A stretch of DNA of 64,000 nucleotides, taken from Dehalococcoidia bacterium. Lineage in GTDB: Bacteria > Chloroflexota > Dehalococcoidia > Bin125. The DNA lies in contig CAXXNO010000004.1 of NCBI GenBank assembly GCA_963663235.2, positions 352,001-416,000 on the forward strand, in the 5' to 3' direction. The position numbers and the translations under genes are program-made. How positions within the stretch are numbered: the first letter of the stretch is position 1; each line of letters begins with the position of its first letter. The notes below the pieces were generated by a model. It had not been told where the DNA came from. It did no database searches and saw only the letters and a program-made list of their open reading frames with translations. Shown piece by piece: positions 49,834 to 59,978 of the stretch.

Positions 49834-51102
49834 TCAGGGAAAGATCCCCCGCGTCTCCATGGCCTCGATCACCCGGCGGACCCCCACCAGATAGGCCGCC
49901 TCCCGCAGCGTGGCACGCTCCCGATCGGCCGTGTCCCACATCTCGGCGAAGGCGCGGCGCATGATCTGCTCGAGACGCCGGATCACCTCGTCTTCTTCCC
50001 AGAAGAACGATTGCAGGTCCTGCACCCATTCCATATAGGAGACGGTCACGCCGCCCGCGTTGGCCAGGATGTCCGGCATCAGAGTGACGCCGTTGCCCAT
50101 CAGGATCTGCTCCCCGTCCGGCGAGACGGGCGCGTTGGCCGCCTCCACCACGATCGTGGCGCGGATACGGTCGGCGTTCCGGCGCGTGATGACGCCGCCC
50201 ACGGCGGCGGGGATGAGGTAGTCGCACTCCAGCTCAAGCAGTTCGGCGTTGGTGACGCGCTCGGCGCCGGACGGGGGCTCCAGGATGCGCCCGCCCGGCG
50301 ATCGGTGCTGCAGCAGGGCGGGGATATCGAGGCCGCGCGGGTTGTAGTAGCCGCACTCGGCGTCGGAGACGGCGAGCACGGTGGCCCCAGCGGCGTGGAG
50401 CAGTTCGGCCATCACCGATCCCACCTGTCCGAATCCCTGGATCGCCACGCCCAGGCCGGCGATGTTCTCCCGCCGGCGCCGGCCCAACTCCTCCATGGTG
50501 ATCAGCACGCCGCGGCCGGTGGCTTTGTAGCGCCCCAGGCTGCCGCCGACGGAGACCGGCTTGCCCGTCACCACGGCCGGTACCGTGCGTCCGTGGCTCA
50601 TGGAGTAGGTATCCATGATCCAGGCCATCACTCGGGCATCGGTGCCCATGTCCGGCGCGGGGATGTCCCGGTCCGGCCCGATGAACGAGCCCAACTCGGA
50701 CGTGAAGCGCCGGGTGAGGTTCTCCAGTTCGCAATCACTGAGCGCGTCGGGGTCCACGCTGACGCCGCCCTTGGCGCCGCCGAAGGGCAGGTTCACCAGC
50801 GCGCATTTCCAGGTCATCAGCATGGCCAGCGCGCGCACCTCGTCCAGCCCCACGTCCGGGGCGAAGCGCAGGCCGCCCTTGAACGGACCCCGGGCGTCGT
50901 TGTGCTGGACGCGGTAGCCCTCGAAGACGCGCACCGAGCCGTCGTCCATCTCCACCGGGAAGCGGACGGTGAGTTCGCGCTTGGGCGTCTCGATCATCGC
51001 CAACGTGCCCGCGCTGAGGCTCAGGCGATCCGCCACCGCCTGGAGTTGCTGGACGGCGTCCTGGAACGGGTTCGGGGTCGCAGCGGGGGTAGCGGTGGAC
51101 AT
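49834..51102 (-). CDS. Glu/Leu/Phe/Val (glutamate) dehydrogenase
   Basis: RVQHN..RGPFKGG, MTWK, GGAKGG, DIPAPD, QGFGQVG, NAGGVTVSY. Confidence 0.95.
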   Translation of the reverse strand: MSTATPAATPNPFQDAVQQLQAVADRLSLSAGTLAMIETPKRELTVRFPVEMDDGSVRVFEGYRVQHNDARGPFKGGLRFAPDVGLDEVRALAMLMTWKCALVNLPFGGAKGGVSVDPDALSDCELENLTRRFTSELGSFIGPDRDIPAPDMGTDARVMAWIMDTYSMSHGRTVPAVVTGKPVSVGGSLGRYKATGRGVLITMEELGRRRRENIAGLGVAIQGFGQVGSVMAELLHAAGATVLAVSDAECGYYNPRGLDIPALLQHRSPGGRILEPPSGAERVTNAELLELECDYLIPAAVGGVITRRNADRIRATIVVEAANAPVSPDGEQILMGNGVTLMPDILANAGGVTVSYMEWVQDLQSFFWEEDEVIRRLEQIMRRAFAEMWDTADRERATLREAAYLVGVRRVIEAMETRGIFP

Positions 51103-51134
51103 TGGGGCTGCCTTTGTTGCGCCCGTCAGCCGGA

Positions 51135-52409
51135 CTAGAGATGGAGGGCCGGAACGAACGAGTCGATGGTCTCGAAGGGTCCGACCAGGGCGAGGTGCAA
51201 GCGCTCGTCGCGGATCAGGGCGTCGGCGACGCGTACCAGGTCGTCGTCGGTCACGGCGTCGATCGCCGCGATGATCTCCTCGACCGACTGCATGCGCCGC
51301 TGGAGCAGCGCCTGCCCGCCGTACCAGGCGGAGACGGCGCGGGTGTCCTCAAGATTCAGGAGCATGCGGCCCTTGGTGTACTCGCGGATCTTGGCGAGCT
51401 CGGCCGGGGGCACTCCCTGGCGCATGCGCCCTAGCTCGTGCAGCGCGATCTCCATCGCGGGCAGGGCGTTGTCGGGATCGACGCCGAGGTAGATGGAGAG
51501 GGCGCCCGTATCGCAGAGCTGCGTGGCGTAGGCCTGCACGTCGTAGACCAGCGCGCGCTCCTCTCGAAGCTCGACGAAGAGGCGGCTGCTCATGCCTTCG
51601 CCGAGCACGCCCGTCAGGAGGCCCAGGGCGTAACGGTCCGGGTCTTCGAGCGAGAGCCCGGGCAGCCCGACCATGAGGTGCGCCTGCTCGGTGGGCTTGC
51701 TGCGCAGGCCGATGCGCCGGCCGGCGGGCTGGGCGTCGGGCCAGGAGGCGGCTTGCTCCCTGGGCCCGGGGTTTCCGAAGTCCCACCGCTCTGTGGCCGC
51801 TTGGACAATGTCGACGACCGCCTGCGGATCGACGGCCCCGGCGACCGCCAGCACCGCATTGTCCGGGGTGTAGTGGTCACGACGGTAGGAGACGGCCCGG
51901 TCGCGGGGGATGGAGCGCACGCTGTCCGGGGTGCCGGCCACGTCGCGCCCCAACGCCTGGCCCGGCCACAGGAGCCCGTCCAGCGCCAGCTCGACGAGCT
52001 GGCTGGGATGGTCCTCCACCATGGCCAGCTCCTCCAGGATCACCCGCCGCTCCTTCTCCAGCTCGTCGCCGTCGAAGAGGGGGCGGAGGACGAGATCCAG
52101 CACCACGTCCAGAGCGAGGTCCAGGTGGGCGGCGGGCACTTTGGCGTAGTAGACCGTGAACTCGCGGTCCGTCCCGGCGTTGAGCACGCCGCCCACTCCC
52201 TCGATCGCCTCGGAGATCTGCTGGGCGGTGCGGCGGCGCTCGGAGCCTTTGAAGCAGACGTGCTCCACGAGGTGCGAGATGCCGGCCTCGGCCGGCTGCT
52301 CGTATCGGGCCCCGGCCCCGACGTAGAAGCTCACGGTGGCGGAGCGGCTGTGCGGCATCACAGCCGTGAGGACGCGCAGGCCGTTGGCGAGGGTGCAGGG
52401 CTCAAGCAT
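51135..52409 (-). CDS. M16 zinc peptidase (second paralog)
   Basis: TLANGLRV, HLVEH, LNAGTDRE, GMSSRLFVELREE. Confidence 0.93.
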   Translation of the reverse strand: MLEPCTLANGLRVLTAVMPHSRSATVSFYVGAGARYEQPAEAGISHLVEHVCFKGSERRRTAQQISEAIEGVGGVLNAGTDREFTVYYAKVPAAHLDLALDVVLDLVLRPLFDGDELEKERRVILEELAMVEDHPSQLVELALDGLLWPGQALGRDVAGTPDSVRSIPRDRAVSYRRDHYTPDNAVLAVAGAVDPQAVVDIVQAATERWDFGNPGPREQAASWPDAQPAGRRIGLRSKPTEQAHLMVGLPGLSLEDPDRYALGLLTGVLGEGMSSRLFVELREERALVYDVQAYATQLCDTGALSIYLGVDPDNALPAMEIALHELGRMRQGVPPAELAKIREYTKGRMLLNLEDTRAVSAWYGGQALLQRRMQSVEEIIAAIDAVTDDDLVRVADALIRDERLHLALVGPFETIDSFVPALHL

Positions 52410-52433
52410 GCGACAGTCCGTCCCCTTGACCGC

Positions 52434-53078
52434 TCAGTCTCGCGCCCAGAGGACGTCGCCGTGGAGGCTGGGTTCATGAGTGCGCGCGGCGAAATCCGCG
52501 TACTCCGCTTTGCTCTGAGCGATGGTGCAGTCGTCGCCGTGGCCGTTCACGAGCAGGGTCTCATCGGGGAGGACGTGGAGGCGTTCGCGGATGGATTCGA
52601 TGAGGGTCTGGAGGGCGGCGGCGTTATCGCTCCGGCCCGGGCCGCCGGGGAAGAGGGTGTCCCCGACGACGCAGAGCGGCGCCGCGTAGTAGCAGAGGCC
52701 GCCGGGCGTGTGGCCGGGGGTGTGGATGACGCCGATGCGGGTTCGGCCCAGCGCGATCGTCTCGCCGCCGCGCAGGTGCACGTCGATGCGGGCGTGGTCG
52801 GCGTTGGGTTCGTCGGGGTGCATGTGGAAGGGGGCCGAGACCGCGGCCTTGAGCTCGTCGAAGCTCCAGACGTGGTCCAGGTGCGAGTGCGTGAACAGCA
52901 CCAAGCGGACCTCCGTACCCGCGGCGGCCTCGATCACGCGATCAATCTCGGGCACGGCGTCGATGATGGCGCTCTCGTTGCTGGCTTTGTCGACGAGGAC
53001 GAAGCCGTTGTTGGCGTAGGGGCCGAGCGATCCCAGTTTGAAGACCTTCAGGGCGTCGGATTCGAAGTGGGCGTCCAC
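52434..53078 (-). CDS. MBL-fold hydrolase (glyoxalase II-like) with intact metal site
   Basis: THSHLDH, HTPGHTPG, GDTLFPGG, GHG; GTG 53078. Confidence 0.92.
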   Translation of the reverse strand: MDAHFESDALKVFKLGSLGPYANNGFVLVDKASNESAIIDAVPEIDRVIEAAAGTEVRLVLFTHSHLDHVWSFDELKAAVSAPFHMHPDEPNADHARIDVHLRGGETIALGRTRIGVIHTPGHTPGGLCYYAAPLCVVGDTLFPGGPGRSDNAAALQTLIESIRERLHVLPDETLLVNGHGDDCTIAQSKAEYADFAARTHEPSLHGDVLWARD

Positions 53079-53266
53079 GGCAGCTCTCTTTCTACCCGTT
53101 CGACGCCCGAGTCTAGAGGAAGCGGCCATCGCAGGGCTATCGCAGCGGCAACGTGGACCGCTTCCGGGGAGATCGATAAGATTGGGCAGTCAAGCGACGC
53201 ATGCCATCTGCCGCGCGGCCGGAGGCGCCCACCAGCGCCGGAGCCGCGTGGAGGAGCCGATATCTC

Positions 53267-54625
53267 GTGAGTCAGTCGTCGGACGCCATGCAATCGCTGG
53301 CGCCTCTTCTCCCGGTTACCGCCGAGGCGGATGGGGCCGGGCACTTACGCCTGGGCGGCTGCGACGTGCCGGCGCTGGTCGCCGAATACGGCTCGCCGCT
53401 CTACATCTACGACGAAGCGACGATCCGCGGCGTCTGTCGCGCCTTCCGCGAGGAGTTCGACCGTCGGCTGCCGGGCACGCAGGTGCTCTACGCCGCCAAG
53501 GCGTACCTCAGCCCCGCGCTGGCGGCGATCGTCGCCGCGGAGGGGCTGGGCTTGGATGTGGTCTCCGGCGGCGAGCTGTTCGTCGCGCGGAGCGCCGGCT
53601 TCCCGATGGACCGGGTGGCCTTCCACGGCAACAACAAGAGTGCAACGGAGCTTCAGGAGGCGCTGGAGGCCGGTGTGGGCCGGGTGGTCATCGACAACTT
53701 CGACGAGTTGGCGCTGCTCGACGGCCTCGCCCGCGAGCGCGGCGTGCGTCAGCCCGCCCTGCTGCGGCTGAACCCCGGCGTCGACGCGCACACGCACGAG
53801 AAGACCAGCACCGCCGTCGTGGATAGCAAGTTCGGCTTCCCGCTCCAGGCCGGCGCGGCGGAAGAGGCCGTGCGGCGCGCGCTGGCGGCCGACGGTCTGG
53901 AACTGACCGGCTATCACATGCACTTGGGCTCGCCCATCTACGACCCTGCGCCCTACGGCCAGGGCATCGCGGCGGTCGCCGGCTTCGCCGCGCGGATGCA
54001 GGACGCCTTCGACTTCACGTGGCAGGAGTTCAGCCCGGGCGGCGGCTTCGCCGTGGGGTACACGCCGGACCGGCCGCCGCCGGCGATCGCGGCTTACGCC
54101 GAAGCGATCGGGAGGGCTCTGCACGACGCGTGCGGCAAGCACGACCTCCCGCTGCCGAGCGTGCAGGTGGAGCCGGGGCGGGCGATCGTGGCGCGGGCCG
54201 GTGTGGCCGTGTACACGGTGGGGGCGCGCAAGGAGATCCAGGGCGTGCGCGCCTACGTCGCCGTCGATGGGGGCATGGCCGACAACGTGCGTCCGGCGAT
54301 GTACGGGGCGCGCTATTCCGCGCTGGTGGCCAACCGGGTCGCGGCGGAGGCCGTGGAGCGGGTGACGGTGGCGGGCAAGTTCTGCGAGAGCGGCGACATC
54401 CTCATCCGCGAGGCCGAGTTGCCCCGGCTGGAGGCCGGGGACTTGCTGGCGGTGCCGGCCAGCGGCGCCTACAACCTGGCGATGGAGAGCAACTACAACC
54501 TGGCGAGGCGGCCCGCAGTGGTCTTCGTGCGCGACGGCGCGGCGCGGCTCGTCCGGCGCCGGCAGTCGTATGAAGAGCTGCTGGCGCTGGAGATCCTGCC
54601 CGTGGGCGTGGGGGGACCGGCATGA
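53267..54625 (+). CDS. lysA: diaminopimelate decarboxylase
   Basis: YGSPLYIYD, YAAKA, HGNNKS, HMHLGS, EPGR, KFCESGD, GAY; GAGGAG before GTG 53267. Confidence 0.96.
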   Translation: MSQSSDAMQSLAPLLPVTAEADGAGHLRLGGCDVPALVAEYGSPLYIYDEATIRGVCRAFREEFDRRLPGTQVLYAAKAYLSPALAAIVAAEGLGLDVVSGGELFVARSAGFPMDRVAFHGNNKSATELQEALEAGVGRVVIDNFDELALLDGLARERGVRQPALLRLNPGVDAHTHEKTSTAVVDSKFGFPLQAGAAEEAVRRALAADGLELTGYHMHLGSPIYDPAPYGQGIAAVAGFAARMQDAFDFTWQEFSPGGGFAVGYTPDRPPPAIAAYAEAIGRALHDACGKHDLPLPSVQVEPGRAIVARAGVAVYTVGARKEIQGVRAYVAVDGGMADNVRPAMYGARYSALVANRVAAEAVERVTVAGKFCESGDILIREAELPRLEAGDLLAVPASGAYNLAMESNYNLARRPAVVFVRDGAARLVRRRQSYEELLALEILPVGVGGPA

Positions 54626-55668
54626 GCGCGCGCTGGGAGGTGGTGGGCGGCGGCGTTGTGGCCGCGCTGGAGCGGATGCTGGCGGCGGAGCGGGTCCCGC
54701 ATGCGCTGCTCCTCAGCGGACCGCCCCAGGTGGGCAAGGGCGCCATCGCTCGGGCGCTGGCGCAGGCGCTCAACTGTGAAGGGCCGGAGCGCCCTTGCGG
54801 GGAGTGCCGCTCCTGCCGTCGCATTGCCGAAGGCAAGCACGCGGACGTCGAAGTGGTGGGGCCGGGCGCGATCTGCCGGGAATCCGATCACGATCACAGC
54901 CGCAGCCGGGTGATCGGCATCTGCGCGGTGCGGCGCCTAGAGTCTGTGGCGGCGCTGCAGCCCTTTGAGGGGCGGCAGCGGGTGTTCATCGTCGATCCGG
55001 CGGATGCCTTGACCGATGAGGCGGAGGACGCCTTTCTCAAGACGCTGGAGGAGCCGCCGCCGGCGGTGACGTTTGTGCTGGTGAGCGCGCGGCCGGCTCT
55101 GCTGCGGGCCACGGTGCGATCGCGGTGTCGCCAGTTGACCGTGTCGCCCTTGCCGGTATCGGAGCTGGCGGAGTGGCTGGTCCGGGAGCAGGACCTGTCG
55201 GAAGACGCGGCGGGCATTCTGGCGCGGCAGGCTCGGGGCCGGATCCGGTGGGTTCGGGAGGCGCTGCGCGAGGGTGATCCGCTGGAAACGCGGCGCGCGC
55301 AGGCGCACGAGGTGCGGCGGCTGGTGGATGCCAGCCAGGCGGATCGGCTGTCGTACGCCCAGAGCCTGGCCGGCGGGGGCGGCGAGCCGGTCAGCGCCCT
55401 CACCGCGCTGGAGCACTGGATCGCGTGGTGGCGTGACCTGCTGCTGGCGCGGGCGGCGTGCGGGGAGCAGGTCACGCATCAGGACCAACGAGAAGAGCTG
55501 GAGGTGGAGTGCCGCCGATTTCGCGCGGCGGACATCGTGCGGTTTATGCGCGCGCTGGTGGAGACGCAGACACATCTCCGGCACGGGGTGAACCCGCGGC
55601 TGGCGCTGGAGGCGCTGGTGTTGCGCATTCCGGCGGCGACTGAACCCGCGGCGACGACAGGGAAGTGA
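54622..55668 (+). CDS. holB: DNA polymerase III delta-prime subunit
   Basis: HALLLSGP..VGK, C..PCGECRSC, LKTLEEP, TVRSRC; precedes the PSP1 gene. Confidence 0.92.
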   Translation: MSARWEVVGGGVVAALERMLAAERVPHALLLSGPPQVGKGAIARALAQALNCEGPERPCGECRSCRRIAEGKHADVEVVGPGAICRESDHDHSRSRVIGICAVRRLESVAALQPFEGRQRVFIVDPADALTDEAEDAFLKTLEEPPPAVTFVLVSARPALLRATVRSRCRQLTVSPLPVSELAEWLVREQDLSEDAAGILARQARGRIRWVREALREGDPLETRRAQAHEVRRLVDASQADRLSYAQSLAGGGGEPVSALTALEHWIAWWRDLLLARAACGEQVTHQDQREELEVECRRFRAADIVRFMRALVETQTHLRHGVNPRLALEALVLRIPAATEPAATTGK

Positions 55669-55669
55669 G

Positions 55670-56803
55670 ATGAGCGTAAACGTGCTGGGGGTGCGCTTCC
55701 GCGAGGCGGCGAAGATCTACTACTTCGCGCCCCCGGAGGAGCCGCTCTATGCGGGCGAGTACGTGGTGGTGCCGACCGCGCACGGCGAGGAGATGGCGCG
55801 GGTGGTGATCACGCCCGATGCCGACGCCGGTGCGACGCCCCACGACGTCAAAGCGATCCGCCGCATGGCGACGGGGGAGGACCGAGCGCGGGCGGCGGAG
55901 ATGCAGGATCGGGCCGACGCGATGCTCCAGCGCTTGCGCGCGATCGTGGGGGAGCTGGAACTGCCGATGTACGTGGCGGCCTGCCAGGTCAACCTGGAGG
56001 GCACGGAGGGCACGGCGTTCTTCCAAGCGGACGACCCCGTGGACTTTCGGTCCGTGCAGGAGACGATCGAGATCGAGTACGAGATCCGGCTGCACATGAT
56101 GCAGGTGGGGCCGCGCGATCGCGCCAAGCTGGTGGACGGGTACGACATCTGTGGACAGCGGCTGTGCTGCTCCTCCTGGATGACGGCGTTCCCGAAGGTG
56201 GGCATCCGCATGGCCAAGGCGCAGGATCTCTCGCTCAATCCGGACAAGATCTCCGGTGTGTGCGGCCGCCTCTTCTGCTGCTTGACCTTTGAGTACGACA
56301 TCTACCGCGACATGCGGGGCAAGCTCCCCAAGCTGGGGAAGCAGGTGTCGACGCCGGTGGGCCAGGGACGGGTGGTCGCGGTCAACGTGCCCAAGGAGTC
56401 CATGACGGTGCAGTTGGATGACTCCGGACGGCGCGTGGAGGTGCCGGCAATAGAGATGGGCCTTTCGGTCCGGGTGGAGTCCGCGCCCAACGAGGCGATC
56501 GAAGAGACGGTGAGAGCCCGGGGGACGGTCGAGACGACGGTCGAGACGACGGTCGAGACGGGGGCCGAGACGAAGGCGGCGGGCGCCACGGACGAAGGCC
56601 AGGCTGCGCCACGAGCGCGCCGGCGCCGCAGGCGGCGGCGGCGCTCGGGGAGCGAGGGGGGAACGCCGGCGACCACCGAGGGAACGCCTGCGACCAGCGA
56701 GGGAGCGCCTCCGACCAGCGAGGGGGCGGAGGGTGGCGGCGGCCGGCGCCGTCGACGGCGGAAGCCCGCCGAGGGGAACGGGCCGCCGCCCGCGGCTGGC
56801 TAG
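55670..56803 (+). CDS. ricT: PSP1/RicT (YaaT) family protein with low-complexity C-tail
   Basis: GVRFR..KIYYF, VDFR, GPRDRAK, CGQRLCC, MAKAQDL, SGVCGRLFCCL. Confidence 0.9.
   Translation: MSVNVLGVRFREAAKIYYFAPPEEPLYAGEYVVVPTAHGEEMARVVITPDADAGATPHDVKAIRRMATGEDRARAAEMQDRADAMLQRLRAIVGELELPMYVAACQVNLEGTEGTAFFQADDPVDFRSVQETIEIEYEIRLHMMQVGPRDRAKLVDGYDICGQRLCCSSWMTAFPKVGIRMAKAQDLSLNPDKISGVCGRLFCCLTFEYDIYRDMRGKLPKLGKQVSTPVGQGRVVAVNVPKESMTVQLDDSGRRVEVPAIEMGLSVRVESAPNEAIEETVRARGTVETTVETTVETGAETKAAGATDEGQAAPRARRRRRRRRRSGSEGGTPATTEGTPATSEGAPPTSEGAEGGGGRRRRRRKPAEGNGPPPAAG
56525..56726 (+). repeat. 12-nt x3 and 21-nt x3 tandem repeats in the ricT 3' tail
   Basis: acggtcgagacg x3 (TVET); gagggaacgcctgcgaccagc-like x3 (EGTPATS). 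Confidence 0.8.
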
Positions 56804-57264
56804 TCGCGCAGCTCCAGGATCAACTCGACCTCGACCGGCGCGCCGGAGGGCAACTCGGCCACCCCGATCGCCGACCGCGCGCCGACGCCGTCGTCACCGA
56901 AGATGTCGCGCAAGACTTCGGAGGCCCCATTGATCACCTTGGGGTGCTGGTCGAAGCCGGGCGCGGAGTTGACGTAGCCCGTGACCCGCACCACGCGGGC
57001 AACGCGATCCAGGGAGCCGATCACGCTGCGGGCGCCGTTGAGGCAGTTGAGGGCGGCCTGCCGGGCGGCGTCGTGGCCCTGCTGGATGGAGACCTCAGCG
57101 CCCACCTTGCCCTTGCTGGTGAAGGTGCCGGTGTCGTCCGCGTTGACGTGGCCGGAGACGTAGCAGAGCTTTCCGGTCACCACCGCGGGGACGTAGACGC
57201 CCGCGGGCGCGATCCGGGTGGGCAGGGTGATGCCGAGTTCCTTGAGACGGTCCGCAACAGTCAT
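56800..57264 (-). CDS. RidA/YjgF family protein
   Basis: YVPAV, VSGH, VRVTGYVNSAPGF, NGASE, ARSAIGVAELP..APVEVE. Confidence 0.9.
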   Translation of the reverse strand: MTVADRLKELGITLPTRIAPAGVYVPAVVTGKLCYVSGHVNADDTGTFTSKGKVGAEVSIQQGHDAARQAALNCLNGARSVIGSLDRVARVVRVTGYVNSAPGFDQHPKVINGASEVLRDIFGDDGVGARSAIGVAELPSGAPVEVELILELRD

Positions 57265-57340
57265 GGGGCACCTCGCTTCCGTCGCACCATGTTAGACGGG
57301 CGGCCGGGCGGAGGGACAGGCGGCACGGATTGGTGGACTG

Positions 57341-58276
57341 CTAGACGGCGATCGATTCGGGGATCGCCGGGTGCGGCTCGGCGGCGGTCTGGGCGCGGAC
57401 GATGGCGGCGACCAGCGCTTCGAGCTGTTCGTCGTCGTACCAGCGGATGACGATCTTGCCCCCCTTGCGCGCGCGTTCCACGCGGACGCGCGTGCCCAGG
57501 GCCACTTGGAGCCGTTGCTGCGCGAGGACGTCGCCGGGGAGTTCCCGCGCCGCTGGCGCGGGTGCGTCGGCGGCCGGCGCGCGCAGGCCGCGCGTCGCCT
57601 GTTCCGTCTGCCTCACCGTGAGATTACGCCGCCGCACCCGCTCCCAGAGGCGGAGGCGTTGCTCCTCGCCGGGAGCGCCGAGGATGGCGCGCGCGTGTCC
57701 TTCCGAGATCTCGCCGGCCGCCAGGCTGAGGCGGATGGCCGTGGGCAGTTGCAGGAGGCGGAGCGCGTTGGTGACGGCCGCGCGACTCTTGCCGACGCTC
57801 TTGGCCAGCTGCTCTTGGGTGAGACCGGATCGTTCGATCAGGCGGGAGTAGGCGTGGGCCTCCTCGAGCGGGCCGAGGTCTTGGCGCTGGAGATTCTCCA
57901 CCAAGGCCACGGTGAGGACGTCTGCGCTGGCGATGTCAGTGACGATCGCCGGCACCTCCGCCAGTCCGGCCAGTTGGGCGGCGCGCCAGCGGCGCTCGCC
58001 GGCCACCAGGACGTAGCCGTGGTCCTGGGAGCGCCGCACGAGGATGGGTTGCAGCACCCCGTGTTCGCGGATGCTGGCCGCCAGTTCCTCTAGGGCGGTC
58101 GAGTCCAGGTGGCTGCGGGGTTGATCTGGATTGGGCTGGATTTCACCGACGGGCAGCATGTGCGCCGCGGGCAACGCGTGCGCCGCGGCCGGCGCGTCGC
58201 TGGGCCGGCTCGGGCCGGGGCCCGAGGGGATGAGGGCGTTCAGCCCGCGCCCCAGTGGCTGACGGATCTTGCTCAT
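57341..58276 (-). CDS. parB: chromosome partitioning protein ParB
   Basis: LGRGLNALI, PNPDQPR, AGERRWRA, ENLQRQDL, HTH GKSRAAVTNALRLL, GHARA. Confidence 0.97.
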   Translation of the reverse strand: MSKIRQPLGRGLNALIPSGPGPSRPSDAPAAAHALPAAHMLPVGEIQPNPDQPRSHLDSTALEELAASIREHGVLQPILVRRSQDHGYVLVAGERRWRAAQLAGLAEVPAIVTDIASADVLTVALVENLQRQDLGPLEEAHAYSRLIERSGLTQEQLAKSVGKSRAAVTNALRLLQLPTAIRLSLAAGEISEGHARAILGAPGEEQRLRLWERVRRRNLTVRQTEQATRGLRAPAADAPAPAARELPGDVLAQQRLQVALGTRVRVERARKGGKIVIRWYDDEQLEALVAAIVRAQTAAEPHPAIPESIAV

Positions 58277-59073
58277 GAGGTCGCTCCTAGCGCAAAGGGG
58301 GCGACGGGCGCCGCCGTCCCGAGGCTGGCCGCTTGCAGCTCCGCGGCCGCCTGGCGATAGGCCGCCGCCCCCACGGAGTCCGCTGCGTACTGGAAGATGG
58401 ACTGTCCGAAGCTCGGCGCCTCGCTGAGGCGGACGGAGCGGGGGATCACCGCCCGAAAGGCCTGCGGAAAGTGACGCCGGACTTCGTCGACCACGCGCTG
58501 CGACAAGTTCGTTCTTGAATCAAACATCGTGAGGAGGAGGCCACCGATGGTCAGGCGGGGATTGAGATTGCGGCGCACCAACTCGATCGTGGTGGTGAGC
58601 TGGCCGAGCCCTTCCAGGGCCAGGTACTCGCATTGCACCGGTACCAGCGCGGCGTCCGCCGCCGTCAGCGCGTTCACCGTGAGCAGCCCCAGGGAGGGCG
58701 GGCAATCGATGAGGACGTAGTCGAAGCGGGCGTCGACGCCGCTCAGGGCGCGGCGCAACTGGTGTTCCCGCTGGGGCGCGGCCACCAACTCGATCTCGGC
58801 GCCGGCCAGCTCCGGCGTGGCCGGGAGGAGGACGAGGCCGGCTTCGTCCGTGGGCAGCGCGCAGGCATCGAGGGTGGCATCGCCGACGAGGAGATCGTAG
58901 ACCGTCCGGCGTCCTGCGACATCGACGCCCAGCCCGCTCGTGGCGTTGCCTTGGGGGTCGCAATCGACGAGGAGGACGCGGCTGGCGGACCGAGCGAGCG
59001 CGGCGCCGAGATTAATCGCCGTCGTGCTCTTGCCGACGCCGCCTTTCTGGTTGGCGATCACCCAAACGGTCAT
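58273..59073 (-). CDS. parA: ParA/Soj ATPase
   Basis: NQKGGVGKST, DCDPQGNA, IDCPPSLG, PVQCEY, RLSEAPS. Confidence 0.97.
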   Translation of the reverse strand: MTVWVIANQKGGVGKSTTAINLGAALARSASRVLLVDCDPQGNATSGLGVDVAGRRTVYDLLVGDATLDACALPTDEAGLVLLPATPELAGAEIELVAAPQREHQLRRALSGVDARFDYVLIDCPPSLGLLTVNALTAADAALVPVQCEYLALEGLGQLTTTIELVRRNLNPRLTIGGLLLTMFDSRTNLSQRVVDEVRRHFPQAFRAVIPRSVRLSEAPSFGQSIFQYAADSVGAAAYRQAAAELQAASLGTAAPVAPFALGATS

Positions 59074-59096
59074 GCGTCCCGTAATCGCCGACCCCG

Positions 59097-59978
59097 CTAC
59101 CCATCCTCACGGTACACAATGGTCACTTTGCGCGCATCACCCTCGCCGACGGACTCGGTCTCGACGTCCGGATCCTCGGATAAGGCGAGATGAACGATGC
59201 GGCGCTCGGCCGCTGGCATCGGCTCCATCGTCACCGGGACGCGGGACTCCCGTATCTGGTCGGCCAAGCGCAGCGCCAAGGCGTTGAGCGCCTCCTCGCG
59301 GCGGCGCTTGTAGTGGTGAATATCAATGGTGATGGGACGTTGGCCCTTGTGGCGGCGGCTCAGCATCAGGTTCACCAGGTACTGCAGCGCCGCCAGGTAC
59401 TCGCCGCGGCGGCCGATGAGCAGGCCGAGGTCGTCATCGGGGTGGGCGGGGTTGATGTCCAGCACGGCGGCGGCGTGATCGAGGCCGTCCATGGGGGTCT
59501 CCGGCGCGCGCGCGCTAATCTCCGCGTCGATGCCGAGCAAGTGGAGCAGATCGGTGAGGATGTGGAGCGCGTGCTCGACGGGATCGGGGTCCGGCTCGGC
59601 GTCTGGCGGGGCCAGCAACTGGAAGGGCATCGCCTCTGCGGGTGGAGCGCCGCGGGGTCTGCGGTCGCGTTCCGGCCGCGTTCGCCGGGCGCCGGGGGTG
59701 GGGCGCCGGACATCGGGCGGCGGCGGGGGGGGCGGCGGGGTTGGGGGTGGAGGTGGGGGCACCTCCGGCTGCGCGCCCTCAGAGAGGGGCGTCACGCGCA
59801 CTCGCGCCGCGGCGGCGCCGATGCCGAAGACGCCGGGACGGCCCTCGCTCAGCACGGTCACGGCGACCTGCGAGCGGTTCAGATCCAAGTCTCGGAGTGC
59901 GCGGTGGATGGCCTCGTCGACCGTCTTGGCGCTGAGTTCGATCGGTTCGCTTGGGTGATCGGCCATCGCTTCGCTCAA
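59097..59978 (-). CDS. jag: Jag/EloR (KhpB) RNA-binding protein
   Basis: AKTVDEAI Jag_N, KH LIGRRGE, R3H ERRIVH; alternative start 59966. Confidence 0.94.
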   Translation of the reverse strand: MSEAMADHPSEPIELSAKTVDEAIHRALRDLDLNRSQVAVTVLSEGRPGVFGIGAAAARVRVTPLSEGAQPEVPPPPPPTPPPPPPPPDVRRPTPGARRTRPERDRRPRGAPPAEAMPFQLLAPPDAEPDPDPVEHALHILTDLLHLLGIDAEISARAPETPMDGLDHAAAVLDINPAHPDDDLGLLIGRRGEYLAALQYLVNLMLSRRHKGQRPITIDIHHYKRRREEALNALALRLADQIRESRVPVTMEPMPAAERRIVHLALSEDPDVETESVGEGDARKVTIVYREDG

